DNA of 64,000 nucleotides, from contig OX597814.1 of assembly GCA_951406725.2 (NCBI GenBank), positions 64,604,001 to 64,668,000 on the forward strand, given 5' to 3'. The first letter of the stretch is position 1; every line of letters starts with the position of its first letter. This document shows positions 13,934 through 29,005 of the stretch, one piece after another. The notes beneath the pieces were generated by a model. It was given only the letters and a program-made list of their open reading frames with translations. It made no database searches and was not told the origin of the DNA. This stretch comes from Octopus vulgaris. Lineage: Eukaryota. A program made the position numbers and the translations under genes.

Positions 13934-14345
13934 CAGAGACTGACAGAGACTGAGACAGAGAGAAAGACAGAGATAGAGAGAACAAAAATGAGGTAAGAGA
14001 AATATCTCAGTGGCCAGTGGCATGCATTTGAGCCAAATAGTCAACTACATGTATATCAAATACTATATAATATACATTCTAGATTTATCAAAATTAACTC
14101 CGCTTCTTGAGGATGTGTATCAGTTACCAAGTGGCAACTGGTATGAGATGGGGAAATGATTTCAACAACCAGGAATTGTTCGAAGCTGACATGCCTTTAA
14201 TAATGGAAAGGTTTATAGTCTGCAACATAATTGTCGTTCCCTATCTCAGGTAGTCAAGGGACAAAGGTAGAACACATTTAGAGCCAGGTTAATAAGCCAA
14301 TTTGTATAATTTAAACAAAAGTGAGTTTAGGAACATTTTTATATA

Positions 14346-14438
<93 letters not shown>

Positions 14439-15242
14439 TGTATACATACACACACACATACACAACAGAGACGCGTGCGCTTGCACACACACACACACAC
14501 ACGTACACACATAATAAAAGTCATTGGCATGAAACAATGTGAGTTGAATATATATAAAACAGGATTTCTTTTTTCTTTTGATTAAGCTTATAGTGACTTT
14601 TATAAGGATAGGACGGAATGGAGTCGATTAACTCTGTCCCCTGTATCTTACTAGGCTCTTTTTTTCTTTTTTACTTATTCTTCGACACCACCCACTGAAG
14701 AGATGAAAGCAATAGTCAAGCCCATGAATCGAAACAGATATCTCAACATACTCACCCTCTTCAACACTCTGTTGATAATAATAAATTCTAATAAAGTCAC
14801 AAAGCGAGAAGGGCGTGTTCTGGAAGATAACTCTCGATTATAATAACTCAACTAGTAACTAACTTGGCCGGTATTTATTTAATCCACTACAAGAAGATAA
14901 AATTCAATATTGAACTGGAGGAAGTTGTACTCAAGACGTGATGGGCTGGGCCGCAACTAACTATCACAATATATTTCTTCCGCCAGTCAATCCTATGCCT
15001 TAACCATGAGAAATATTATTAGAGTTTCTCTTGTCGAGATAAGATCAGAAATCTTGTGGTAGAAGAATAGCCGATTATATTAACTCCAATATATGACTGG
15101 TACTGTATGTTATCAACCTCGAAAGTATGACAGGCAAATTCTCCTTCGAGAGGATTTGAACTCTTGACACAATATGCCACAGAGCTGTTTTTCATTTCTC
15201 CTAATCTAATACTCTCATTAATAATGATTCTCTTATTTTTAA

Positions 15243-16488
15243 CTAGCTTCAACGCCATACTCTGTGCGGACTTTTAAGCTAGTATGAAGAGATCGTTGCC
15301 ATTTCCAACTTTGGAACAACCATGGAAAAAGCACTGGTGCATGAGGTGATGTCTAACAATTTTCAGTGATTGTCCTTGACTCTTGTTAATTGACATTGCA
15401 AAACTAACTCTTACTGGAAATTGAAGTCTCTTGAATTTATAGGGCGTACATTCTGGAATCAGTAGAATTCTTGGAATAACTACATTTTATCCCTTTCCAT
15501 GTCCAATGAAGATTGTTGCTTCCAAAAGATGTGGATGCATTTGCCTGACAATCAATATTGTTCCGTTGCCCAGGTTTGGCGGATCCAGATTTCTCAAGAG
15601 CATGATTGGAACTCCTTTATTCAATGCCAGTTTGTGCGAAGGCATTCCAGGATGACCCAAAGAGTTAAGAAACTAAGTAGGATAATTCACAGCCTTATTC
15701 CCTACAGTATCAATTGAGAAATAAAATTTTTCCTCGGTATTGATTGATTACATAAGTTTCCAATTAACAACCTGGACAGCTTCATTCATTGATACAATTT
15801 CCAGTAAGAGCCAATCATGATCTTGAAAATTATATTCAATGTTTGGGTAAATCTTGGTAGTCAACTCGTCTACAATTTACATCAAAAGGCTACAGCCGTT
15901 TGGAAAAGTGATGTCCCGTTTTGTTTTGCTGAATGATTCCATTTCCCAGATCCAGTAGCTGAGCTGCAAATCTTCAGTATGAAAATCTCTAAATGAACTG
16001 ACTCCACCGAAAATCCGATCTTGCCAAAAGTTCGATTTGGGCCGAAAGTCCGATTTGAGCCGAAAGTTAGAGTTCTTCAGTATCTCCTTCCGAGCATTTC
16101 AGTTCACAAACTCCGTGGTACTTAGAAACCTCACAAACATGAAACCTCTCACTGTAACTTGGATCTACTGTTAAATGAGCTAAATTCGAAATATTTTTGA
16201 AATTCACAAAGTTTTGGTATTACTTTAAATTTAGTTTAAATGAAAAATTTGTGAGTTTGCAAATTTTTGGAGTTGTCTTAAAATTTGAATTTTCAACTGT
16301 TACCATATAACAAATTCTCATCCAGACATGATCCCAATGCTGGATGTTCAAGAAACAAATAAAGGGCAAATTTTCAATCCCGGGGGTCATCCTAATTCTT
16401 AAAAGATATATGTCTATGTAGAACAAATGTAGACTGAAATACAGGGGTTCCTAGCGGACAGACAGAATTTCTCGTTTATTATAATAGA
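15243..16488 (-). mobile_element. Internally deleted Helitron with PIF1 helicase relic
   Basis: Minus strand begins a|TCTATTATAATAAACG (16488) and ends in a degenerate hairpin plus CTAG|t (15243), an A|T target; internal RVSFAMSINKSQGQSLK (PIF1 motif) at ~15362-15412. Confidence 0.85.
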
Positions 16489-17679
16489 TTTACTCAATTA
16501 AAACTGTACGCAATTAGTTCCTCATTCTATCGATATTGACAATCGACAATCTTCTAATGATATCAAACAATGACAGAGGGGAACTGTAATTTGGAAGGTG
16601 ATAACATCGATAATATCGGCATTAATATTTGTATTTTATCGATTACCAAAGATTAAAAGGCAAACTTGATCGCAAGGCGATAAAACTGAAAAACTTCAAG
16701 TGTTTTGACCAATCTAACGAATCGTCCAGTTCATCACCCTCACCATTGTAAATAATAGTAGTTATTGTTTTGTTTTTGAGTGGAAAGGAACGATCGCAGA
16801 ATTGTTTATTATGAGATATAATACAGCAAGGGGGGTGATAAAAAGAGGAACTTGTGTATTAAGTGGGTTTATGAAGAAGTGTTACACAACATGCTATTCC
16901 TGAGCAGCTGAAGTTATGTCGTTCGTTATACATCGAAAAATCCAAGGAGGACCGGTTTAAGGTGACCCAGTTGTTGTAATGTATTGGTGAACGGACATTA
17001 GATGATTATTTGCATGACTACATCGAACCGAATCGGGAACATTATTAGAGCGCGAGGTAAAGAATGCTATGTCATTGATTCACTTTTCGTTCTTGGTTCG
17101 AGTACCAGCAAGTTAAACCAACACCCGGTTATTTTCTCTCAGAGACTATAAACTAGCAGTACAATAATGATTTACATTTTTGTCTCTCAGTCCACTCTCT
17201 CACTCTTTCTCATGAAGGCCATCGGCCTAGAGAGCCAGGTTTTAAAATAATCTGCATATTACAAAATACTCTGAATATTACAGCGGTGGCCATATGGTTC
17301 CATCAAGAATAGAGACAGGCACCGTAATGTAGGTTTCACCCGAATGTTAGTAAGGATTACTGTGCACATCAACAACAGTATTCCAGATATATGAGCAATA
17401 AACCAATTTTGGTTTCGCTTGGGACATATAATAATTTAGCCACTAATCTGACTAAAGTATTATCTGTCCATGGCGATGACAAAACCTATTCCTTAGAATG
17501 GAGTTTTGATACTATTATATATGTAATGCTAATGATATATAAGACGAAAATTGTGAAGATTAACGTTTATAGTAACCGAGAGAAGTTTATTATTGTTTTG
17601 TTCCTGAACAGCGAGATTGTATTTCCAGATTGTTTATTTGATGAATGTAACAGCTTTACTACTGCGAAGTAGTGTGTTT

Positions 17680-17960
17680 CGATTGAAGGATCTTTCAGAC
17701 ATTTCTGTTAACAGAGGGAATATGTGACATGAGGATTTCTGTGGAATGTGTAATATATTCAGAACGTAAATACGTATACGCTACATAAGAGTGGATATTG
17801 TTAGAAGAAACTGCAATTAGGCATTTGATGTACGAAGAAAAGCGTGGAAAAACTTTGCGGGTGGTGGGAAGGGCATAAGTATCGTTAGAATAATGTCAGA
17901 ATTTTCTGAAACGTAACAAGGGTTAGAGGTGGGGAGGTAGAGATTTGGGATACTTATACA
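17680..17960 (+). mobile_element. Highly degenerate RTE-type LINE 3' fragment
   Basis: Remnants resembling the post-RT motifs (EMR..R.MC, W.GH, GRG); heavily frameshifted. Confidence 0.3.
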
Positions 17961-18654
17961 TTAGTAACTGGTGGTATGGAGTCTCAAGCTTGAACATATG
18001 TCCATAGATATATATGCAACAAGAGAAGAAATTTCTAGCAGATAACGTCTGTGTTCTCTTTAGGACATTTTAGTAACTTAGCTCAGTAGATCTCTTAGAG
18101 AAGCTCAGCTGAAAATTAGTAGCCTTCTCTAAGAACTGTACTCGTAACAGCATTAGTGCCGGACCAGGAAATATTAGGACATGAGATAATGCGCAATTGA
18201 TAAAGAATAATTTCTGTCAATGGGATTCTAGAGGCAACGCCGTTACTGGATGCTGACTAGTTGATATTACCGACCAGTGACGGCGTTTTGGAAGGATAAA
18301 TTCTGTCAAGCGCAAAATTGTCAAACTCGCCGAACTATTGGATATCGAACAAATGGAACTTCACTGTATAACAGAGAGAGCGAGAGAGAGGGAGAAAGTG
18401 AGAGAGAAAGAGAGAGAGGGAAGGAAGGAAGGAGAAAAAGAGAGAGAGGGAGAGAGAGACGGGTGAACCGGATTATTGCTACCAGATTGATTTCACATGA
18501 CATGAATGTCCTCCCCTATCATCTGTTATGCTGACATTGAGAGTAATCAGCTGAAATAGTTTTACACTGCCAAGCCTCTCAATTGTCCTTCCCCGGTGAG
18601 ACGCGGCGGATGTGAACTCAGAGCTCCCACTAAAAAGCTACTCAAATAACTTTT

Positions 18655-19082
18655 TAGGTTTTACTTGTCTTAGTCATTTGGCTGCAACCATGCTGGGGCA
18701 TGGCCCCGAAGGGTTTTTGTCATACAAACTGAACACAGGACTTATTTATTTAAGCCTAGTACCAATTTTATCGTTTTTTTTTTGTCGAACCGCTCATTTA
18801 CAGGGACGTAAACACACCAACACCAGTGTCAAGTGTGTATGTGTCTATGTGTCTGTGTGGGACAAACACAAACACAAAGATACACACACACGCATACACA
18901 CACACACATGTACATATACGACGTGCTTCTTTTAGTTTCCGTCTACCAAATCCACTCACAAGGTTTGGTCGGCCCGAAGATAGAGTAGAGGACACTTGCC
19001 CAAAGTGCCACGCAGTGGGGCTGAACCAAGAAACATGTTGTTGAGGAGCAAGCTTCTTATTACGCAGCCGCATCTGTGCCTA
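18655..19082 (-). mobile_element. SINE family A, full length
   Basis: Head, CORE-like cacttgcccaa, internal (CA)n, 3' module. Confidence 0.85.
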
Positions 19083-20009
19083 TTAAAGTGGCCAGTAAGC
19101 TACTACATAGGATCAAGCTTCACACCTCTCAAACTCCGGTTAAGTGTGCTGTGCCATTAAGCTAAGCAACCTATCTACGAATCATAAGTGTAATTCTGCA
19201 TAATTAATACGCGTTATTTTTTCCTGGCACAGATTAAAATCAGTAGGTTCTTAGGCACTTCGAATATATAAAGATTTTCCCAGCTCCGTTCTACATAGTC
19301 GCTCAGTTTGATAGAAATATCAGAGAAGTTCCTTTCAAACCACATCTTACTATTTTGAGAAAGGAAGAACTGCTGACCAGATTATTTGAAAATAAGATGA
19401 AAGGTTTATGGTTCGAATCTTTTGATCGTATGTGTGTGCTTCAGCAGAGGTACATCAACCATAACTACAATAAAAACAATACCCTCACCACCAACAATCT
19501 TTCAGCACAAAAATATAAAACAGAAGACACATCACTTCTACCATATCACACTTATTCTTATCAAGCCTTAGATTATTGACACCGGAAGGATGAGAGATAA
19601 AATCAACCTCGGCGGCAATTCAGCTCTGAACTTAAAGCAATGTAACTGAACACCGCGAATTATTTTGTCCAGGGTCCTGCTGATTCTGTCATCCAGCCAC
19701 ATTATTAAAATCAGTTCTATCTTGTGGCAGAACATGACTGCCCATTTTATTAGTGGTGATGGTGGAGAGCTACTGTCGAGTCTATTTTATTTTATTTCAT
19801 CGACTCCGGAAGGATGGAACACAAAGCCATTTCGGATCTATTTGAAATTAGAACACAAAATGGTTAACTCAATGCATTTTGTATTCCGTTCTATGCATTA
19901 TATTATAACATTTTTAGTCAGAGCAACAACAAAAACAACGATAATAATAATAAGAACATCAACAGCAACGACGACAACTATAGCAGCGTTAGTCTATTTC
20001 ACCGACCAC

Positions 20010-20128
20010 AGTACACAACTGGCACTTATTTGATCGACTCCGAAAGGAGGAAAGACAAAGTCAACCTCGGTGGAGTTTCAACTCAGAATGTTGTCCGGTG
20101 TGCTAACGATTCTGCTAGCTTGCCTCCC
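20010..20128 (-). mobile_element. SINE family B
   Basis: cgaaaggaggaaagacaaagtcaacctcggtggagtttcaactcag; a similar degenerate copy lies at 19575-19700. Confidence 0.7.
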
Positions 20129-20383
<255 letters not shown>

Positions 20384-20385
<2 letters not shown>

Positions 20386-20999
20386 GTCGGCATTACAATA
20401 TCAAAACTGCCGACAAGTGGTATAATCACCACCCTGAGGCTGTAACTGAAGGAGAAAATGTAACCATTCTGTGGGACTTTCCAGTACATACAGACCGAAC
20501 CATCAAGGCCAATAAACCAGATATTGTTGTGAAAGACCAAAACAATAAAGTTTGCTTATTGATCGACATGAGCATCCCCTGTGATCATAATATCTCAGCG
20601 AAAGAGTTTGACAAGCTCAGAAAATATAAAGACCTACTCATTGAAATTGAGAAAATGTGGCATCTCAAGGCGGTTACAATACCAGTGATCGTAGGAGCAC
20701 TAGGAATGATCAAGAAGGGAACCGAAAATTATATGAGAATGATCCCTTGCTTACCATCCCTGCAAGAAGTGCAAAAGATTGTCTTAACTGGTACATCACA
20801 CGTATTGAGAAGAGCATTGTCGATGTGAGAACTGTTGCTGCTCATGTATTTTAATTTATCTTAAAAAAAAAAAAAAATATCAACGAACTACTGAGTTTGG
20901 TTTAATGGCCTACCAATATACACTATGAGTTTCTTTGCCCTAGGAGTCGGGAAGACACTCGGCAAGAAATGGAAGAAAATTTGAAAGAAGAAAAAAAAA

Positions 21000-21000
<1 letters not shown>
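20384..21000 (+). mobile_element. 5'-truncated R4/Dong-type non-LTR element, RLE endonuclease C-terminus
   Basis: KWYNHHPE..ILWDFPVHTDRTIKANKPDIVV..LLIDMSIP..KLRKYKDL..PVIVGALG, stop at 20828; flanked by (TAA)n on both sides. Confidence 0.9.
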
Positions 21001-21057
<57 letters not shown>

Positions 21058-21058
<1 letters not shown>

Positions 21059-21480
21059 TTCCCAATTCAAACAGATCAGGTGCTAGAGCACAACAAATCG
21101 GACCCAGTTGATGTGGCTTACCTCTTTCACTCACGAATTATCAAGAAGGAAGGCGAACGAAATAGAACATCTTAAGAACGAAATAGCCCGGCTATGGAAA
21201 ATGAAGAAGGTGAAGATAGTGTCAAGTATTGTTGGATATTTGGGGACAGTATCAGAAAGCATCAAAAGGAATATAAAAGAAATCTGAATAGAGTGCCTAG
21301 TAGTAGATCTGTTATAAAAGTTTTGCCCCCCCCCTGACACGGCAAGAATAACCAGGAAAGTATTAGATAGTTGAAAAGAACAGATAGCATGGTACCATTG
21401 GCTGCAGGCAGCAAGCCCGTTATGCATACAAGATTCCAGGAGTTTCAACAAAACCTGAGATAAAAAGAAAGATAATAGTA
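21058..21480 (+). mobile_element. Second, degenerate R4/Dong-type 3' fragment
   Basis: FPIQTDQVLEHNKSD, NEIARLWKMKKVKIV, TARITRKVL in shifted frames; starts in (TAA)n. Confidence 0.75.
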
Positions 21481-23565
21481 ATAATTTTGGCGCAATGTCA
21501 GCAATTTTAGGAGAAAAATTTGTTGCAAAAATTTGCCTAAGCTCATCAGTTGCAGTAAAAGTTGTACCAGTTATAATCTAGGCATTATATTTAATCCCCG
21601 CCAAATATCGTATCACCTGGAACGGCTGTACATCAAGACAAACATTCGAGTGCGCCAACTATCTGACCTCTTTGGAGGAGTTCATGTTATTAGAAAACTA
21701 CTTTGTCTAAATTCTTTTGTTAAGGCTTGAGTTTTTTGTCTGAGAAAAATATCCAGCATTTTCTTCTCTTACTTTGCAATGATGTAATAATAATAATAGT
21801 TTGTTGTTTATTGGTTCCAAGGACCGTAAATACAATAGAAAGCCTGTCAAGCAAAAAGAGGTTGCAAAACAAGTATGGATGTACATACATACAAACACAT
21901 ACAAAAACGAGTGTGCGTGTGCATGTGTGTCCATTATCTCTTCACCTATTTTTTTTTTGTTTAAAGCTATTGTTTGTATGTTGTCTGTTGTCATATTTTA
22001 CTGTTTTCTCTTCCAACTTTTAAGCTTTATTGTTTCCAATGTTCACCCCACTCTTTCTCTCTCTCTCTCTCTTTCTCTCTATCTCTCACTCACTCACTCA
22101 CTCACTCACTCACTCACTCACTCACTCACTCACTCACTCAGTCGCTCACTCTTTCCCTTTCTTAAGTCTCTCATTGTCTTCTTGTTCTATATTCACTTAT
22201 ATCATATTATTAACAATTCTTTTAACATTGCATCCTTTCTTTCCTGGGTGCTTTACATTTCTCTTCTTACCACTCGTATTCTACGTTATTCTAATCTTTT
22301 AAACTTATACTTCTGCACTCTCATACTATTATATAATATGTAGTTTTCCCTTCTATTCTCAATTCGCTACTTATAAACATAAGCGCAAGTGAGAGCAAAA
22401 TTATTTGTAAAATCATTGAAGAAACGTTATTTTAAAAATGAAGAAATGAAATTGAAGAAAAGCTATTTTTTTAAAATACTATGGTATTGAAGTAGTTTTA
22501 ATGAATGAGAAAAGCAAAATGCTCCAAAAGGCATGATTTTGCGAGGTATTTTCATTACTGGAATTGAATAACTTCAGTGCAGCTGTTTTGCTTCATTAGA
22601 GCAATTGCTTTCGCGTCACATCTGTTAACAGATGTTCAGAATCATGCGACAAACCTCCTTATATTGCAAAATTAATGTGTCTATGAAATATAATGAAGAG
22701 AAGCATTAGGGAACTATCTTTTTGTTGTCAATTTCATGCTGTGCAAGCAAATAAGGTCTGAATATTTCGGTTCTCTGCTGCATTTCTTGTGTAAAAGAGA
22801 TAGCTATCATTATCTGTCAGTATCTCCGCAACAAACTGACTTGGACATATTTTGATGCATTTGTTTTCTTCCATGAAAGATTCATTGCTTTTGCGACTAT
22901 CACAGACCAAAACCAATCTAAGTTTTAATAATGTCAATGAGCGATTTGTCCTCGTCAGTTTCTGAAAGCCCAGTTGATATTATCTGTTAGTAAATGATAT
23001 ATAAAAATTTAAGTTAAAGTGAAATTGAAATTCATGAAATATTTTTAAAATGAAGTGATTTGGGGCATCTTTCATGAATGAAGGAGTCGAAATGCACCAG
23101 AAAGAGTGAATGCTGGTAATCAACTGTTTCAAGTATTTATTGTTGCAGACAATTCTGGATATTAGCCATACGTACAATTCGATAGGGACTGTTAACAATC
23201 AGGTAGAATAAACCCCTATAATGCAAAATTTTAAAATCTTTGATGTCTTTAGCTAAACATTTATCTCACTGGTTGCTGTGCAGAGGCACAGGATTAATAG
23301 TAAAAAGACCATGTCAGATCCAAATATTGATATACGACTCCTATAGAAGTTTGACAAATGATGTCAGAATATTAAGGACTTGTAGGGACGCTGTATTTCA
23401 TTATACAACGGTAATATATCATAAAGTATGTTAAATGTTTTTATAAGTGAATAACACATTCTAAGTTGATAGCGGTGCGCTTTATATCATTTGTTAAGTT
23501 TATCTCGACAGATATTCTATAGAAATTATAGCTAGAACTTATTTTTGTTATGGCGTTTACGCACG

Positions 23566-23655
<90 letters not shown>

Positions 23656-24679
23656 CACAAACACACACGGACAGCAACTGCTCTAGCATTAGATATCTTA
23701 TCGAAAATTTCTTATCGACATGTGCGATGGGATTGCTTATATAGCAAACTACCATTATATATATCTGTCTGTGTGTGTTTGTGTATGTGAGTGTGTGTGT
23801 CTGTGTGTATGTATGTATATGTACATGGATATATGCAAATCCATATGTGTATGTATATGTATATATGTACATATGTATATATGTGAATGTTTATGCACAC
23901 ATACACACACTGACACAGACATGCATAATTATAGGTCAGACTTCTTTCACTTTCCGTTTATCAAATCTACAGAAAAAAATCTTGGTCGGCTGGAGGCTTC
24001 ACCAAGGGGCCAAGCAGTGGAAATAAAACTGAAATCAAATTTCACGCCACACCGCCACGCTTGCGCTTATAAACTGTGCTTTATATATATATATGTATGT
24101 ATTTGTGTGTGTAATATATATAATACACACGCGCATGCGCACACACACACTCATTTGCCTTACTCTACACTTGCCTGTCTGCTGGCCTATGGCTTTTTTG
24201 CTGTATTTGTATTATTATTTTTTGTTGTTGTCTTCACCTGGTCCTAAGGCCATATTCTGTTTATTTATTTCGATTTTTTGTTTGTCCCTCGTCCGTCCAC
24301 TAACAGTCTCGTATCCATTTTCTTATGTTCATCTTCGTATTTCTAGTTCATCCTTCTCTATCCATCTCGTTTTGTTTTGTTATGTTTTGGTTGCATTCCC
24401 AGCAAGTTCTTTTGCTGGTTGCCTCCAGAGTGGAAGCAATATTATCGACAATGGCACGAAATTGCGCTCGGCGCCTTGGCTGATAACTGATGAGCAGTTG
24501 GTGACTTCCTGTGTTTGTTCTCCACTCGTCTGTGCATTTAGTATATATTTTTCAACTTGACCTTTTGTGTCTTTTTTGCGTTCTTTTCTTTAATATTTTA
24601 TGTGTTTGACTTTTGAAAATATTATTCACCTAACGCAACGCACTCGTTATTTTTTTACCTATATATATATATATATATA

Positions 24680-25064
24680 TCTATATCTATATATAAACGG
24701 CAGTTTGTCTGTGCGTGTTTCTGTGTGTCTGTTTGCTTTTACCCTCACCCTGACCACGGCTTTCAACCGATTCTGATGAAACTTGACACACACATAACCC
24801 AATGTCATAATTCAAAACTAACGCAGCGAAAATTTTGAAAAGTTCCCCCAGTTCTGAAAAAATCGATAAATTCGACATGGGGTCGAGAATCAGAAACACA
24901 AACCACAAACTGTCTAGGGGACGCAACTCCACCTTTTTTAAATCTCAAAAAAAATTTACCATCATTTTTTTCCATTTTTTTGCTATTTTTTGGCTATAAC
25001 TCTCTAAAAATGCTTTATAGTTATTTCCCTTACAAACCTGAGCAACGCCGGGCGATACTGCTAG
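24680..25064 (+). mobile_element. Non-autonomous Helitron
   Basis: a|TCTATATCTATATATAAA start; 3' hairpin cctgagcaacgccggg followed by CTAG|t. Confidence 0.85.
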
Positions 25065-25072
25065 TATAAGAT

Positions 25073-25161
25073 ATAGGTGAATCTAGCTGATGGAGAATAG
25101 TCAAATTTACGTTAACAAACGTATTTTGGAAAGTTCGAAACTCGCGTCCTAGGTTATCTAT
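25073..25161 (+). ncRNA. Type I hammerhead ribozyme with extended stem II (pLTR relic)
   Basis: Stem I ataggt-g-aatctag/ctaggtt-atctat; core CTGATGG-A (A9>G); stem II gaat...gttc with inner tacgtt/aacgta; GAAA; ctcgcg; GUC cleavage site at 25146-25148. Confidence 0.7.
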
Positions 25162-25405
25162 TCTAGGAAGTCCATTTTCCAATGTTCTTCCGAGAGGTAA
25201 GACGAATATTTTTAAGTTCGCTGCCCGCTTATTTCTTTGCCAGTATACATTTCAGTGAAGCTTTACATAGCGTCGTATCGTTATCGTCTTCTATTTCCAG
25301 CAAACATTGGTGCCTCGTTGTACCACTATTTCTTATTCATCGTTCTACCTTTATATTGCTTGCTGGAAAGTAATATTATTGCATTGTATTGCAATGATAT
25401 TTAAA

Positions 25406-25466
<61 letters not shown>

Positions 25467-26294
25467 CATACATATATACATACATACATACATACATACA
25501 TACATACATACATACATACATACATACATACATTCATATATATGCACACATACATGCATGTGTGCACTGCCACATGCGCAGATTTTTCTATATTTTTCAC
25601 AGCAAATTTCCCATAGTGGTATGGAAAAATAGATCTGAGCCAGACTTATTGAAGCAATGTTTTACTGTTAGATGTCCTTCCTAACCACAACCCATTTTAT
25701 CACCTCCTATAATACATAAATTGTGTATTTGAGTGTATTTCTAAACTTAAAAGAAAATTTTCAAACTATGATATTTATATGATATATGATATAATAACAT
25801 TTAATCTTTCATGGGAGATTGATTATTAATTCTTTAAATGTCGGTGGATGGCATCGGAAACTTGCCGATTTGGTCGATTTGTTTGACTAAAGGCGGTGCT
25901 CTTGCATGACCGCAGTCAAATGACTGAAACAAATAAAAGAGTAAAAGAATAGAAATGTGTTTTTTCGTCTTAAAATGGTAGAGTGCTTGGGCAGGAGAGA
26001 TAAACGATGGTCAGTGATAGAAGAAATGTTTATATAATTTGGGAGCCCACAGAAGATCATTATCATCAGTATTGTCGTCGCCGTCGTCGTCGTTGTCATC
26101 ATCATTGACGTCCTTACCGTCCCCATTTCCATAATCAGACGACGACGACGACGATATTGATGATAATGATTTTCTGGTGGCTCCCAAATTAAGATACAAA
26201 GCAGCTGCATACATAAATTAATACTTTGACTTATCGACCACAGAAGAAATGTAAATTTGAATCTGGCGTGGTTTAAACACAGGTTGCAAAGGCA

Positions 26295-26515
26295 ATCCTT
26301 TTCTGCTCTAGGCACAAGGCCCGAAGCTTTTTGGGGGAGGGAAGCAGCCGATTAGATCGATCCCAGTACGCAACTGGTACTTAATTTATCGATCCTGAAA
26401 GGATGGAAGGCAAAGTCGACCTCGGCGGAATTTGAACTCAGAACGTAGCGGCAGACGAAATACCGCTAAGCATTTTGCTCAGCGTGCTAACGTTTCTGTC
26501 AGCTCGCCGCCTTAG
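26295..26515 (-). mobile_element. SINE family B, full length
   Basis: Reverse complement of the 5025-5430 units; another copy at 26668-26875. Confidence 0.85.
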
Positions 26516-27238
26516 GTAGCAAAGGCAATCATACAATTCCAAGAACTTAATACTAATGAATATAATGTTCCTTTATTAATCACTTAGGATATGCAAGAAG
26601 TTTGAGAAGGGTCCAATACGATACAATACTATGCGGGATTACATAAAAACTTGTAAACAGTAAAATTATCCTTTCAACTAAAGGCACAAGGCCTGAAATT
26701 TTAGGGGGAGGGGATTAGTAGATTACTTCGACCCCAATACTTCACTGGTACTTAATTTATTGATGAAAGGCAAAGTCCACCTCAGCGGAATTTGAATTCA
26801 GAACATAAAGACGGACGAAAACCGCAAAGCATCTTCCCCGGCGTGTTAATGACTCTGCCAGCTCACAGCCTTGTACAAGCAGAAAAAAAAACTCAAACTA
26901 GGAACATTTCACCCAAAAGGAAATAAATATATGTGGAAATCTCATAAAACCACGACACTCTCCTCACTTCAGTCTATTGACGCATGCTAACAGATGAACG
27001 CTTAAATATGACTTCATCGGGATTTGGACTTCGGAAGTAAAGCACCTTACTTAAATAACCATACTACTAATAAAGAAATATTCTCTTCCTGTTTCTCTTA
27101 CTCTCCACTTCTCCACTTCTCACAATATATATGTGAGTGTATGTGTGTGTATACGTACACGCACATAACTGTAATGTGTATATGTCTATATCTCCCTCTC
27201 TCTTTCTTTCTCTTCCTTGTTTTGTGTATATACACACA

Positions 27239-27328
<90 letters not shown>

Positions 27329-27492
27329 TACATACATACCTTACTCTTCCGGTAAAAGAGTGCATCTTTCTTTATTCAGTCGCATCAGTACTTTTCTACA
27401 TCTCTACATATCTTCCTTGTAGGACACTTCTTTCTTAACTCACTGGCTACTTCTACTACTACTACTACTACTCTCTCTATATATATATATCA

Positions 27493-27528
<36 letters not shown>

Positions 27529-28219
27529 TAATGAGATTTATGGTCAATAAGCAAATAAATCTTGTTTGTGTAGATAAAGATTATTTAATCCGTTACAATA
27601 TATACAGAGTCGTCCGGTTTCACTTGGTTAATCATGACTCAATATTATGAAATCATATTAAGTTTTAGATTTAATCTTGTGTAGAAGGTATGAAAGTTTT
27701 ACGTTTATACAAGAGAGTTTAGCTGTAGTCTCTATGCTAATTCCCATAAAACTTCTCTTCCCATGGTTTCATCGAACGAATCCGTATACTACACTACAAT
27801 ACCACGTGATTGTCTTGACTTTTTCTTCATTTTATATTATTCATTTATTTGATATTATTATAATTATAATTATTTTATTTTTCATTTTTTGACGAGCCTA
27901 TAAGTTTGAAAATCTAAAAAAATTAATTTTACTTTAACCTTATTCATCTACCTAACATGTTCTTTTCGGTATTAAGGAATTTATAAAAGCTATGGGCATA
28001 CACCTTCTTCCATAAAACAAAAAGCAAAAGCGTCAACCACTGGCTTTCCATCTGTATCTTTGACTCTATTCCTATTTGTTTTCCAAATTCTGCACTCAAT
28101 GAAGATACCGTATATTTCCACATCCTCATTTTGCTTGTTCCGTTTGATGCTGTTGTTGTAGTGGTTTATTCTTCTTCTTCTGCTGCTGCTGCTGCTGTTG
28201 TTGTTGTTGTTGTTGTTGT

Positions 28220-28292
28220 TGTTCTTCTTCTTCTTCTTCTTCTTCTTCTTCTTCTTCTTCTTCTTCTTCTTCTTCTTCTTCTTCTTCTTCTT
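28220..28292. repeat. (CTT)n within a compound trinucleotide tract
   Basis: Direct observation. Confidence 0.95.
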
Positions 28293-28910
28293 TATCTTCT
28301 TTTCTTTCTCCTCATTCTTCTGCTTCTCCTCCTTCCACTTCTACTCCACTACCTTCTCTTCCGTCTTCTCTTACGTTCTTCTTTTATTTCACATACAATT
28401 ATTATCTTATCAATTATATTTTGCTTCTTTGCCTCCTCTAGATTCATTCCCAACACCTGCTCCCCTTTTATTTATGGACATTTATTGCTCCCCACTATCA
28501 GAAAAGTTGAAGCTAATGTCAAATTTACAAGCCTCAAAAACAATCTCACTCTCTCAGAATAGTCATTGACATACACCATAGCTCTTCAACACACAAAACC
28601 CAAGCGCTAACAACCAGGCAGCACATTACACAAAACATTGGGCTGCACTACAGTTCAGCTCGCACACTTACATACACCCATATATATGCATGTGTATACA
28701 TACATACATACATACATACATACATACATACATACATACATACATACATACATGCATACATACATATACATATATATATATATACACGTTCACTTAAGCA
28801 TGTACACGATCATATATTGCATTCACAAGTATATATATGTATGTATATAAATATAAATTCATATATATATTTATAGCGTACGCATATATATATATATATA
28901 TATACATGTT

Positions 28911-28960
<50 letters not shown>

Positions 28961-28966
28961 CATGTT

Positions 28967-29005
<39 letters not shown>

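Noticed and set aside
22370-23440. Possible decayed DNA-transposon coding sequence
   Set aside because: No diagnostic motif or terminal repeats recognised.
24487-24790. CTGATGA at ~24487 and ~24774
   Set aside because: No compatible stems and downstream GAAA; the second lies inside a Helitron.
27607-27640. Possible hammerhead fossil on minus strand (gagtc...GAAACCGG..gactc)
   Set aside because: The CUGANGA core is missing; too decayed to call. The same applies to ~5735-5810.
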